64,000 bases of DNA from Patescibacteria group bacterium (GTDB lineage: Bacteria > Patescibacteriota > JACPGU01). A program made the translations under genes and the position numbers. Position 1 is the first letter of the stretch; each line of letters starts with the position of its first letter. Under the pieces are notes generated by a model, which worked only from the letters and a program-made list of their open reading frames with translations, had not been told where the DNA came from and did not search any database. The DNA lies in contig JAQULF010000003.1 of NCBI GenBank assembly GCA_028718745.1, positions 160 to 64,159 on the forward strand. The letters run 5' to 3'. Below, in pieces: positions 8,816 through 17,200 of this stretch.

Positions 8816-10015
8816 TTAGACTTTTATTTTTACAAACTTCCTCTTCCCCACCTGCACAATCATCCCATCATGAATCCCCAGAACTTCTTTCGAATCTTCT
8901 ATTCTCAAATCGTCAATCCTTACCGCACCTTGTTCAACCAATCTTCTGGCTTCGCTTTTGCTAGTGGCTAATTCCAATTTAAAAACTAAATCTACTATAT
9001 TTATATTTTTATCTGAAATCTTTTTTTCTTCCATATCTTGCGGTTTTTCATGCTCTTGGAATTGTTTGTTGAACACTTCGCCGGCTTTTTCGGCTTTATT
9101 ATGATCATAAAATGCCTCGACAACTTCATGGGCCAATTTGAATTTGATATTGCGCGGATTTTCTCCTTTTTTCATAGCATCCGCAAACATTTTTATTCCT
9201 CCGTCCGGAATATCGGTCAAAAGCTCAAGGCCGGGCAAAATCATTCCATCCGTCCAGCTCATTACCTTGCCAAACATTTCCTCGGGTGAATCAGAAAGCG
9301 CAATAATGTTTCCTTCGGTCTTACCCATTTTCTTTCCTGTCGGATCTTCCAGAAGTTTTGTCGTTATTACAAACTTTTCTTTGTTCAGCATTTTTTTCAT
9401 CAAGGTTCTGCCGGCCAACATGTTGAACATCTGATCATTGCCACCAATTTCACCATCAACATCCATGGTGACAGAATCGTAAGCCTGAAAAACCGGATAT
9501 ACAAATTCATGAAGATAAATTTCTTTTCCTTGCTTGATCCTTTCCTGAAACATATCCCGCTCCAACAATCTTGAAACTGTAAAATGAGACATTAACTCCA
9601 ACATGTCTACCGGCTTTAATTTATTGGTCCATTTCTCGTTATGCAAAAAACGAATATTCGTTTTTTTAAAATCCAAAATCCGGCCGATTAGCTTTTTATA
9701 ATCCTTGGCATTTTCCAAAACCTGTTTTCGGGTTAATTTGACCCTGGTGGCCGTTTTATCCGTTGGATCACCTATTTGGGCGGTAAAATCCCCAATCAAA
9801 ACGATAACTTTGTGTCCGAGATCTTGAAATTCTTTTAACTTTCGCAAAGGAATGGAGTGCCCAATATGAATATCTCCCGTCGGATCAATCCCCATATATA
9901 TGGTTAGTTTTTTCCCAGATCTTAATTTCTCCTCCAAAAACTCTCGGGTGGGAAATATATTTTCCACTCCCCTATTTAATAAATGCTGAATTTTCGCCTC
10001 ATCAATTTTTGCCAT
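8816..10015 (-). CDS. tyrS: Tyrosine--tRNA ligase
   Basis: HIGH motif GIDPTGDIHIGH, KMSKS-like KMGKT, C-terminal S4 domain (RRLVEQGAVRIDD). Confidence 0.9.
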   Translation of the reverse strand: MAKIDEAKIQHLLNRGVENIFPTREFLEEKLRSGKKLTIYMGIDPTGDIHIGHSIPLRKLKEFQDLGHKVIVLIGDFTAQIGDPTDKTATRVKLTRKQVLENAKDYKKLIGRILDFKKTNIRFLHNEKWTNKLKPVDMLELMSHFTVSRLLERDMFQERIKQGKEIYLHEFVYPVFQAYDSVTMDVDGEIGGNDQMFNMLAGRTLMKKMLNKEKFVITTKLLEDPTGKKMGKTEGNIIALSDSPEEMFGKVMSWTDGMILPGLELLTDIPDGGIKMFADAMKKGENPRNIKFKLAHEVVEAFYDHNKAEKAGEVFNKQFQEHEKPQDMEEKKISDKNINIVDLVFKLELATSKSEARRLVEQGAVRIDDLRIEDSKEVLGIHDGMIVQVGKRKFVKIKV

Positions 10016-10090
10016 AAAAATAGTTATTGGTATCTAGAAGTATAATACAATGAAGAACATTTTTATTCAACAAAAATAAATCTCTCGGCT

Positions 10091-10118
10091 TTGACATTTG
10101 AAATTTGACATTTGAGAT
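10091..10118 (+). promoter_or_regulatory. Tandem 14-bp direct repeat TTGACATTTGA(A/G)AT x2 upstream of PBP1A
   Basis: ttgacatttgaaat / ttgacatttgagat at 10091-10118; the motif recurs in the GT4/PEGA divergent region (20602-20657). Confidence 0.4.
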
Positions 10119-10129
10119 TTCTATCATAC

Positions 10130-10158
10130 TTGCCACAAATCTCGGGTTCTGGTATTAT
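10130..10158 (+). promoter_or_regulatory. Sigma70-type promoter for PBP1A (-35 TTGCCA, 17-bp spacer, extended -10 TGgTATTAT)
   Basis: TTGCCA 10130-10135; TG at 10150-10151; TATTAT 10153-10158; ~35 nt upstream of ATG 10193. Confidence 0.45.
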
Positions 10159-10192
10159 ATTCATTGTCACATCAAAGTAATTAACCTAAACA

Positions 10193-12790
10193 ATGTATAT
10201 TCCTTCAAAAAAATCCCGTCTTTTTAAACGAAGAAATAATATGGTTTCCGGAGAACACTATAGTTTTTCATCTTCGAGTAGTTCCGGTCCCTTGGGAAGA
10301 TATTCACCCGAAACCAGAAGGAAAATTTTAAAATATCTTCTCTATGGAGCGGGAATTTTTGTATTTCTTATCATTACCCTTTTTGTCTGGTACTCTCGCG
10401 ACCTGCCCAATCCGTATAAAATTAATGGCCGAGATATTGCTCAATCGACCCAGATTCTCGATCGCAACGGCAAACTACTCTACGACATTCATGGCGAAGA
10501 AAACCGAACTTTGATGAAAATCGACGATATTCCCGAGAATATAAAAAAGGCTACGGTCGCCATAGAGGATCAGGATTTTTACAAGCACATGGGGATTGAT
10601 CTGAAAGGTGTAGCCAGAGCTTTCTTTTACGACATCGTCCATCGCAACGCTACTCAAGGAGGATCCACGATTACCCAGCAATTTGTCAAAAATGCGCTTT
10701 TGACTTCAGACAAGAGTGTAGCTCGAAAAATCAAAGAGCTTATTTTGTCTATTGAAATTGAAAAAGTCTATTCCAAAAATGAAATTCTGGGAATGTATCT
10801 GAATGAAATTCCTTACGGTAATAATGCCTATGGAATCTATTCCGCTTCCAAAACCTATTTTGGCAAAGAACCAAAAGATCTGACATTAGCCGAATCGGCA
10901 CTTCTAGCTTCTGTTCCGCAAGCACCAACCTATTACAATCCTTACGGATCTAATACCGATGTTTTGATGGCCCGAAAAGATTATACACTGGATAAAATGG
11001 TTGAATTGGGATTGACCACCAAGGCGGATGCTGATGTTGCGAAGAAAGAAGAAATAAAATTTGTCCAGCAAGATCAAGGAATTTTGGCGCCTCATTTTGT
11101 TATGTATATCAAAGATCTGTTGGCGCAAAAATACGGCGAAGATCGGCTTCAGCAAGGCGGATTGATTGTAACCACTTCCCTTGATTTGGACAAGCAAAAG
11201 ATCGCTGAAGATGTCCTAACCAACAGCAAAGCAAATTTGAAAGCTAGCGGCGCTTCAAACGCGTCTCTGGTTTCAATGGATCCAAAAACCGGTGAGATAT
11301 TGGCAATGGTGGGAAGCGTTGATTATTTTGATACTGCTAATGATGGCAATGTTAATGTGTCCATTCGTCCTCGGCAACCGGGGTCGAGCCTAAAACCTTT
11401 TATTTATGGTTTGGCTTTTAATAATCTGGGCTATGCTCCTTCCACTATGATGATGGATGTACAAACCGATTTCGGCCAAGGCTACAAGCCGGGTAACTAT
11501 GATGGCCAATTCCGCGGCCCAGTTTCTATTCGAAAATCTCTCGGCAATTCATTGAATATTCCGGCTGTCGAAACATTAGCCATGGTGGGCGTAAAAAACG
11601 CCACTGACTTTGCTCAAAAAATGGGGTTGACTACTTTGACAGATCCGGATCGTTACGGATTGTCTCTGGTTCTTGGAGGCGGAGAAGTAAAACTTTTGGA
11701 AGAAGTAAATGCTTACTCTGTCCTTGCCAATGGTGGTATAAAACACGATATTCATTCAATTTTAAAAATTACCGATAGCTCCGGAAAAGTTTTGGAAGAA
11801 TACAAATCCAGTGAAGATAAGGGTACAAGAATTCTTGACGAAAATCCGAATTACTTGGTAACCAATATCTTATCCGATGATAATGCCCGTGCCGAAATAT
11901 TCGGTATGGGCGGAGTTCTGACGCTTCCGGGACGGCCTGTCGCCGCAAAAACCGGAACGACTGATGAATATCGCGATGCTTGGACATTTGGCTATACCCC
12001 ATCGGTTGTTACAGGGGTCTGGGCGGGAAACAATAATAATGCCGAAATGAATCATGGATCCGGCGCTATGGTAGCCGCTCCAATTTGGAATAGTTATATG
12101 AAACAAATTCTATCCGGAACACCGGTAGAACAATTTGCCGTTCCATCCGGAATAGTTCATGTTCCGGTGGATGCTTTGACCGGTATGCTGCCGCTTTCTA
12201 ATCTTTCTCCGGAGACAGCTCAAAAATTGCCTACCGCTGACGGAATTTTCTGGAGCAAATTCCAGCCTCAAGCGACAGATAGTGTTCACAAAGTAATAAA
12301 AGTCGTCAAGGGCGGTGATAAATTAGCCGATTCAGATTGCCCGGACAGCATGACTGAAGAAAAAGTATTTTTGGAATTTCATTCAATTAACCCTTCCAAT
12401 CCGAATTGGGAAAATGCGGTTGTGGCTTGGGCCAAAGCAGCCGGGCATAACAATGTCCCAACCGAAAAAGAAAGCTGTAAAGACGCGGTCAAAGAAAATC
12501 AGCCGACAATTACTATCAACTCCCCTCTTGCCAATGCCGATATCAGCGGAAAATTAACCATCATCATCTCCTATATCGCAAAAAAAGATGTTGATAAAAT
12601 CGAGTATTATATTGATGATGAAAAAATCGCCGAGAAAAAATCCGGCGATCCTACCAATGCCGGAAATAATTTCAATCTTGAAGACTTTGCTCTGCCGGCA
12701 ACTCTTTCCGGAAAAGCTAATATCAAAGTAGTTTTGACCGATAAGCTCGGTTTGAAAGCGACCGATGAGGTCTCGGTGAATATCAAGTAG
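10193..12790 (+). CDS. mrcA: Class A penicillin-binding protein 1A (bifunctional glycosyltransferase/transpeptidase)
   Basis: GT51 motifs (AIEDQDFYKHMGID, GGSTITQQ), transpeptidase SSLKPF (SxxK) and KTGTT (KTG); N-terminal TM anchor; alternative start possible at M17. Confidence 0.85.
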   Translation: MYIPSKKSRLFKRRNNMVSGEHYSFSSSSSSGPLGRYSPETRRKILKYLLYGAGIFVFLIITLFVWYSRDLPNPYKINGRDIAQSTQILDRNGKLLYDIHGEENRTLMKIDDIPENIKKATVAIEDQDFYKHMGIDLKGVARAFFYDIVHRNATQGGSTITQQFVKNALLTSDKSVARKIKELILSIEIEKVYSKNEILGMYLNEIPYGNNAYGIYSASKTYFGKEPKDLTLAESALLASVPQAPTYYNPYGSNTDVLMARKDYTLDKMVELGLTTKADADVAKKEEIKFVQQDQGILAPHFVMYIKDLLAQKYGEDRLQQGGLIVTTSLDLDKQKIAEDVLTNSKANLKASGASNASLVSMDPKTGEILAMVGSVDYFDTANDGNVNVSIRPRQPGSSLKPFIYGLAFNNLGYAPSTMMMDVQTDFGQGYKPGNYDGQFRGPVSIRKSLGNSLNIPAVETLAMVGVKNATDFAQKMGLTTLTDPDRYGLSLVLGGGEVKLLEEVNAYSVLANGGIKHDIHSILKITDSSGKVLEEYKSSEDKGTRILDENPNYLVTNILSDDNARAEIFGMGGVLTLPGRPVAAKTGTTDEYRDAWTFGYTPSVVTGVWAGNNNNAEMNHGSGAMVAAPIWNSYMKQILSGTPVEQFAVPSGIVHVPVDALTGMLPLSNLSPETAQKLPTADGIFWSKFQPQATDSVHKVIKVVKGGDKLADSDCPDSMTEEKVFLEFHSINPSNPNWENAVVAWAKAAGHNNVPTEKESCKDAVKENQPTITINSPLANADISGKLTIIISYIAKKDVDKIEYYIDDEKIAEKKSGDPTNAGNNFNLEDFALPATLSGKANIKVVLTDKLGLKATDEVSVNIK

Positions 12791-12800
12791 AAAAATTCAA

Positions 12801-12832
12801 GGGGACTCCACAGGAGTCCCCTTTTTGTTATA
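12801..12832. terminator. Bidirectional intrinsic terminator between PBP1A (+) and the secreted-protein gene (-)
   Basis: GGGGACTCC-acag-GAGTCCCC followed by TTTTTGTT on plus and by a T-run on minus. Confidence 0.6.
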
Positions 12833-12858
12833 TTTTCAAGAGGTGAAGTGATAAAGAT

Positions 12859-13716
12859 TCACTTCTTTTTTTTGGTTGTGGCGGTTTTGACGGGAATCTT
12901 CACTTTAACCATAGCCAGAGTGTTGGACCATTCCTGACCGCTCATCGTTCCCATCATGTGCGGCCGTCCATTGGCATTGAGTTTGGGCGAGTTTTTGTCT
13001 GGCACATCTTCGCCATTAATATCATACCTCATGGTACCGCGAAGATATGTGCCCCCTTTTTGAACATCCACAACAGTGAGTTGTGCAATCCGCCCAAAAT
13101 GTCCCAACCTCTCACTTCCCAACCGTTTTATTCCCTTACTGCAATCGCACCGGTTCCCAGCCTTATCGACAGGCCACGATGCCATACTAGCAATACGGAT
13201 ATCACAGGCGATGAACTTGTCGCCGACTTTTACATCGACATCCGGCGGGTAAAGTTTGCAGAGCGGTGCCTCCGTGTTGGCATAAACGCAGAAAAAAATA
13301 TCCGGCGATGTTTCCATTACATAGTAATAAGGTAGATGCCGCATTCCGTTCGGAGATGGAAGCCGCGGATTATCTATGCGGCTGTAAATCGTAACGCTCT
13401 CATTTTCTCCTCCCCAGGTCTTCTGGAAATCCGCCACGATGCCGCCCCTTTTCATAAAAACGAAGGGTGCTTGGCAAACGGTTCCTTCTTTGTGTTCGTA
13501 GTATTGCGAGTATTCGCACAACACCGGCCGCTCAAATTCCTCAAAAAGCGACGGGTATTCCGGTGAGACAGCGACCATCTCCCCATTCACTTCTTCGAAG
13601 TTAAGCTGGCCGATAGCGACCGGCGGATGAAGCGTTTTGGCGGTCGAGACCGCCGGGATTGCAAACAGAGCCGACAGCACTGCCACAACGATCAAGCTGA
13701 TCTTTGCGTTTTTCAT
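12859..13716 (-). CDS. Secreted Cys-rich hypothetical protein (start re-called at MKNAKISL...)
   Basis: Signal peptide MKNAKISLIVVAVLSALFAIPAVSTA preceded by GGAGG RBS; 8 Cys; lies in GC-rich (~50%) island; the tracked ORF start at 13863 is probably an upstream extension. Confidence 0.45.
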   Translation of the reverse strand: MKNAKISLIVVAVLSALFAIPAVSTAKTLHPPVAIGQLNFEEVNGEMVAVSPEYPSLFEEFERPVLCEYSQYYEHKEGTVCQAPFVFMKRGGIVADFQKTWGGENESVTIYSRIDNPRLPSPNGMRHLPYYYVMETSPDIFFCVYANTEAPLCKLYPPDVDVKVGDKFIACDIRIASMASWPVDKAGNRCDCSKGIKRLGSERLGHFGRIAQLTVVDVQKGGTYLRGTMRYDINGEDVPDKNSPKLNANGRPHMMGTMSGQEWSNTLAMVKVKIPVKTATTKKKK

Positions 13717-13932
13717 GAGTTGACCTCTTCCTCCGGGCTCGCCGGATATTTTGTTTTGATTGGTAAGATGCTTTATCTCACGGGCGTATTGCCATACGCC
13801 CCTACAAAGTATATTTTGGCTTATTATACAAGGTTTTTTGAAAGAATGCAAGAGAGAAATCAAATAGTTATATACTAAGAAAAAAATTATAAAAACCTTA
13901 CTAAGAGTTTTTATTTATAAAAAACACCTCTA

Positions 13933-13960
13933 TTGACACAATTTTTAAAAAGAGTACTAT
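13933..13960 (+). promoter_or_regulatory. Promoter for rSAM operon (-35 TTGACA, 16-nt spacer, -10 TACTAT) in the AT-rich gap
   Basis: TTGACA 13933-13938; TACTAT 13955-13960; GGGAGG RBS 14011-14016, 7 nt before ATG 14024. Confidence 0.4.
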
Positions 13961-14023
13961 TTAATCAGTGCCATTTATTAGATGGTCGGCACATTTAAAA
14001 TCTAAACGCGAGGGAGGCCTGCG

Positions 14024-15427
14024 ATGATATTCAACTCTAGTGTTGCCTACATGAAATCGCCATTCATGCAGGTCGTCCGAGACGGAGACTTCGCTATAAT
14101 CTGGCACTCGTTGTTTGGCTATCCGCGAATTGTTCCTATCGAGACGCTCAAGTTTCTTGAATCGTTGTCGGAACCGACAATGATTCAGTCACAGCTCGGT
14201 AATGAACTAGATAAGGAAAGCCGAGAAACAATCGAGGAATTCGCGCACTGTTATTTCCTCATTCCAAAAGGTTTTAACGATCGAGCTTTCCTCGAAGAAA
14301 AGATGAGGGAAAGAGAAAAAGAAATTAGCAGTGGTTCACTGATTGACCATCTCGAGCTTATCATGAGCGAGGTGTGCAATTTTCGTTGTACCTACTGCAT
14401 CCATTTCAATAATCTGGAAACCTCCGACCGCATCAATAATCCCGAGAAATTCATGCGGTTTGAGATGGCCAAGGAGGCTGTAGATCAGTACTTCGAAATT
14501 CTCCGTGAACATGGAAAGCATACCATCGAAATCAATTTTGGCGGAGGCGAACCGCTGATGGCATGGTCGGTTATCAAGCAAGTGCTTGAATACTGCCGCG
14601 CCACCTATGGTTCGGAGTTCGAATTGCAATTCTCGATCAACACAAATGCTTCCTTTATCACGCAGGAGATCGCTGAAACTCTGAAGAAATATCGGGTTGG
14701 AATCGCTTCCAGCCTCGATGGCTTGCAGGAAGAAAATGACCGCGTTCGGCTAACAAAGTCCGGTGGCGGAACATTTTCCCAAATCCTGCTGGGATTCGAT
14801 AAGCTAGTGCAAGTGGAATACCCACTTGAAGGAATTGCCGTAACAGTAACCGAGAAGAATTTCCGCGGACTGAACGAGTCGATTGTTGACTGGGTGATAG
14901 CTCGCGGAATGAAAGACATTAGGATTGATATCGATGTTCTCGATATGGTAGAAATACCAGTTGAGGATATCGTCGCGAAACTAATGCGCATTCGGAGCTA
15001 TGCGATGAAACAAGGCATCGATGCTCCCGGTTTCTGGTCGCGGCCAGCCGAGAATCTCAATGAGTCAACGCTCGAAAGCCGCGTCGCGTTCTGCGGCGGG
15101 GTTCGCGGCAACAGCATCTGCATAGATCCATCCGGAGATATTTACGGATGCGGCTACAGCACAACTCTACTCGGGAATCTCTCGGAAATTCGATCGCTTC
15201 ATGCGCCCAACTCTGCCTACTATCGCTTCGTGAAAAGCCGTCTTACTGGAGCGATGGAGATGTGCAAGGGATGTATGATCGAGGGGCAATGCGGCGGCGG
15301 CTGCAATATCACGCAGGAATTCGTTCGAGCCACTAAAACTGCTAAAATCGAGCGGATGTGCGACCTTTACCGCCGAATGACTCAAGAAATTCTCCGAGAA
15401 CAACTGCGAGAAGCAACGGCATCATAG
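14024..15427 (+). CDS. Radical SAM / SPASM-domain peptide-modifying enzyme with N-terminal RRE-like extension
   Basis: CX3CX2C (EVCNFRCTYCIHF) at ~aa 117 after a ~115-aa N-terminal extension, GGGEPLM SAM-binding motif, C-terminal SPASM signature CKGCMIEGQCGGGC (Cx2Cx5Cx3C) plus additional Cys (CGGVRGNSIC...GCGYS). Confidence 0.8.
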   Translation: MIFNSSVAYMKSPFMQVVRDGDFAIIWHSLFGYPRIVPIETLKFLESLSEPTMIQSQLGNELDKESRETIEEFAHCYFLIPKGFNDRAFLEEKMREREKEISSGSLIDHLELIMSEVCNFRCTYCIHFNNLETSDRINNPEKFMRFEMAKEAVDQYFEILREHGKHTIEINFGGGEPLMAWSVIKQVLEYCRATYGSEFELQFSINTNASFITQEIAETLKKYRVGIASSLDGLQEENDRVRLTKSGGGTFSQILLGFDKLVQVEYPLEGIAVTVTEKNFRGLNESIVDWVIARGMKDIRIDIDVLDMVEIPVEDIVAKLMRIRSYAMKQGIDAPGFWSRPAENLNESTLESRVAFCGGVRGNSICIDPSGDIYGCGYSTTLLGNLSEIRSLHAPNSAYYRFVKSRLTGAMEMCKGCMIEGQCGGGCNITQEFVRATKTAKIERMCDLYRRMTQEILREQLREATAS

Positions 15428-15469
15428 CCAAAAATTTCCCAGGCCACAACCAGGGGGAGGTGAAAGCTA

Positions 15470-15562
15470 ATGAAAACAAAGGGACGGCCGACCCTCCAAG
15501 TCAGGAGGCTGCCGAGTCTGAAGGTGTGCAACACCTGCCGACAACAAAGCAACTGCCACTGA
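15470..15562 (+). CDS. Candidate 30-aa precursor peptide MKTKGRPTLQVRRLPSLKVCNTCRQQSNCH (three Cys in C-terminal core)
   Basis: ATG 42 nt after the rSAM stop, preceded by GGGGGAGG (15453-15460) at 9-nt spacing; same strand; followed by an intrinsic terminator; not in the ORF track (too short). Confidence 0.35.
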   Translation: MKTKGRPTLQVRRLPSLKVCNTCRQQSNCH

Positions 15563-15596
15563 TCGTGGTGGCGAACAACGATTTACCGGTCTGTAC

Positions 15597-15642
15597 GGGA
15601 CTAAGGGAAAATGCTATACTCCCCTTAGTCCTGTTTTTATTT
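15597..15642 (+). terminator. Intrinsic terminator ending the rSAM-peptide transcription unit
   Basis: GGACTAAGGG (15598-15607) / CCCTTAGTCC (15622-15631), 14-nt loop, then TGTTTTTATTT. Confidence 0.6.
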
Positions 15643-15656
15643 ACTATATTAAACTT

Positions 15657-16172
15657 ATGCCAAAGCTTTCTTTAAGAAAAACTACAAATTTTGACAAAAA
15701 ATACTTTGCCAAATGGTGGAGAGATGAAGATCTGATTAAATTAACCAGTGGCGTTTTGGAACCCATTTCTGAAAAAGAAATAGAAAAATATTTGTCCGCA
15801 ATGGTGAAAAGCCGAACTGACTATCATTTTATGATTGTTTTTGATAAAAAAGTCATTGGCCATATTGCTTTGGCCAAAAGAAGAAGTGGTTGGTATGAAA
15901 CACAAATCGTAATTGGCGAAAAAGCATATTGGGGAAAGGGACATGGCGCAAAAGCGGTTCAATCACTGCTTAAAAAGGCTAAACGATTGAGTATCTCAAA
16001 AATCTATTTGGAAGTTAGACCGGACAATCTTAGAGCGATTCGCGCTTATGAAAAATGCGGTTTCAAAAAAATAAAAACGATGTACTATCCAAAAAATAAG
16101 TATCTGCCAAAAACATTGAGAATGGAATTGAAATCGGAGCTCTTGACCCCCTCTCCCAAAGTGCTAGAATGA
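15657..16172 (+). CDS. GNAT-family N-acetyltransferase
   Basis: Acetyl-CoA binding motif region YWGKGHGAKAV, typical GNAT length; AT-rich host-like composition. Confidence 0.65.
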   Translation: MPKLSLRKTTNFDKKYFAKWWRDEDLIKLTSGVLEPISEKEIEKYLSAMVKSRTDYHFMIVFDKKVIGHIALAKRRSGWYETQIVIGEKAYWGKGHGAKAVQSLLKKAKRLSISKIYLEVRPDNLRAIRAYEKCGFKKIKTMYYPKNKYLPKTLRMELKSELLTPSPKVLE

Positions 16173-17137
16173 AAACAAATAAGAACTTTCGAGTTTTAAA
16201 TAATTTTTTTATGCGAAACAAAAATAAAAACCAATCCGGAATCGCTCTCATCACCACGATAATTTTGACTTCGATAATGTTATCTTCGATGGTTTTGATT
16301 ACCAAAGAAATGACTGATGAAGCCAGGAATTCCATTCGCATCGATAACTCCATGATCGCCTACTACGCCGCCGAAGCGGGGGTGGAAGATGCGCTGCTGG
16401 AATTTCGGTACGATCATAGCGCGGAGATATCAAAGGAAAACGATGCCAACCCAGCCATTGTTGATGTTGCCTGCACGCCGCCGGATAATTTCAACTGCAC
16501 CCCCAGAACCGTAAATCTTAGCACCAATGCACGAGATTATAATGCGAAATCTTTTAATACATCCTACTATGATGTTCTTATGTGGAACAGGGTCAAAAGC
16601 ATTTTGAACCAAAAAATTTTGCGTGACGATACGGCAGAGTTTGTGGTGCCAAATATGGTAGATAATGTTATTTTAGATTGGAGTTGGGATTCGGAAATAG
16701 ATACTCAAAACAGTGGTTTTAGGGTAGAAATAACTGTATATAATGAGGATGGAAGTATGGTACCTATAGAAAAGGATGGGAAAAAATTTACTGATCCAAG
16801 CACAAAATCGATAAAACTATATAGTTCACTTTTGGGTTCTGGTAAAAAAATAATTAGAATAAAGCCGGCTTATGTAGATAAAGGAAGTTATGACCCAATC
16901 ACAGAATCTTATTCGGAAGGAAAATCTCTTCCAAGTGGGATCACACCTTCTATAAATTTAAACATAAACCAGACACCTAATTCAAATTTTATAGCCGGCA
17001 CAATCACAAAAATTGAATCGGTTGGATATTATGGTGGGGTGGCTAGAAAAATCAGCGCTACAGTAGATCGCCCATCAGGAAATATCTTAAATATCTTTGA
17101 TTATGTTATTTATAGTGGAGGTGACCTAATAAAATAG
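16169..17137 (+). CDS. PilX-like type IV pilus minor pilin / pseudopilin
   Basis: N-terminal QSGIALITTIILTSIMLSSMVLI hydrophobic segment followed by IAYYAAEAGVEDAL matches the PilX_N pattern (QRG-aLi...AfqAAEAGl). Confidence 0.5.
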   Translation: MKTNKNFRVLNNFFMRNKNKNQSGIALITTIILTSIMLSSMVLITKEMTDEARNSIRIDNSMIAYYAAEAGVEDALLEFRYDHSAEISKENDANPAIVDVACTPPDNFNCTPRTVNLSTNARDYNAKSFNTSYYDVLMWNRVKSILNQKILRDDTAEFVVPNMVDNVILDWSWDSEIDTQNSGFRVEITVYNEDGSMVPIEKDGKKFTDPSTKSIKLYSSLLGSGKKIIRIKPAYVDKGSYDPITESYSEGKSLPSGITPSINLNINQTPNSNFIAGTITKIESVGYYGGVARKISATVDRPSGNILNIFDYVIYSGGDLIK

Positions 17138-17150
17138 ATTAAGAAATTCA

Positions 17151-17182
17151 AGAGCCCCCGGGTTCCGGGGGCTCTCTTTATG
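17151..17182. terminator. Bidirectional intrinsic terminator between convergent genes
   Basis: AGAGCCCCCGG-gtt-CCGGGGGCTCT perfect 11-bp stem, followed by CTCTTTAT on plus and by a T-rich run on minus. Confidence 0.6.
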
Positions 17183-17200
17183 TGGAAGGTTTTTAACCTG

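Noticed and set aside
10193-10240. PBP1A start at first ATG (MYIPSKKS...) versus M17 (MVSGEHY...)
   Set aside because: Both possible; kept the tracked start because the predicted promoter -10 at 10153 leaves a ~35-nt leader to 10193; not resolvable from sequence alone.
15358-15675. 105-aa ORF from the track overlapping the rSAM 3' end and running into the GNAT gene
   Set aside because: No plausible start/RBS (the only in-frame GTG lies within the SD itself), reads through a strong terminator hairpin and overlaps two better-supported genes; the 30-aa ORF in the rSAM phase is the better candidate.
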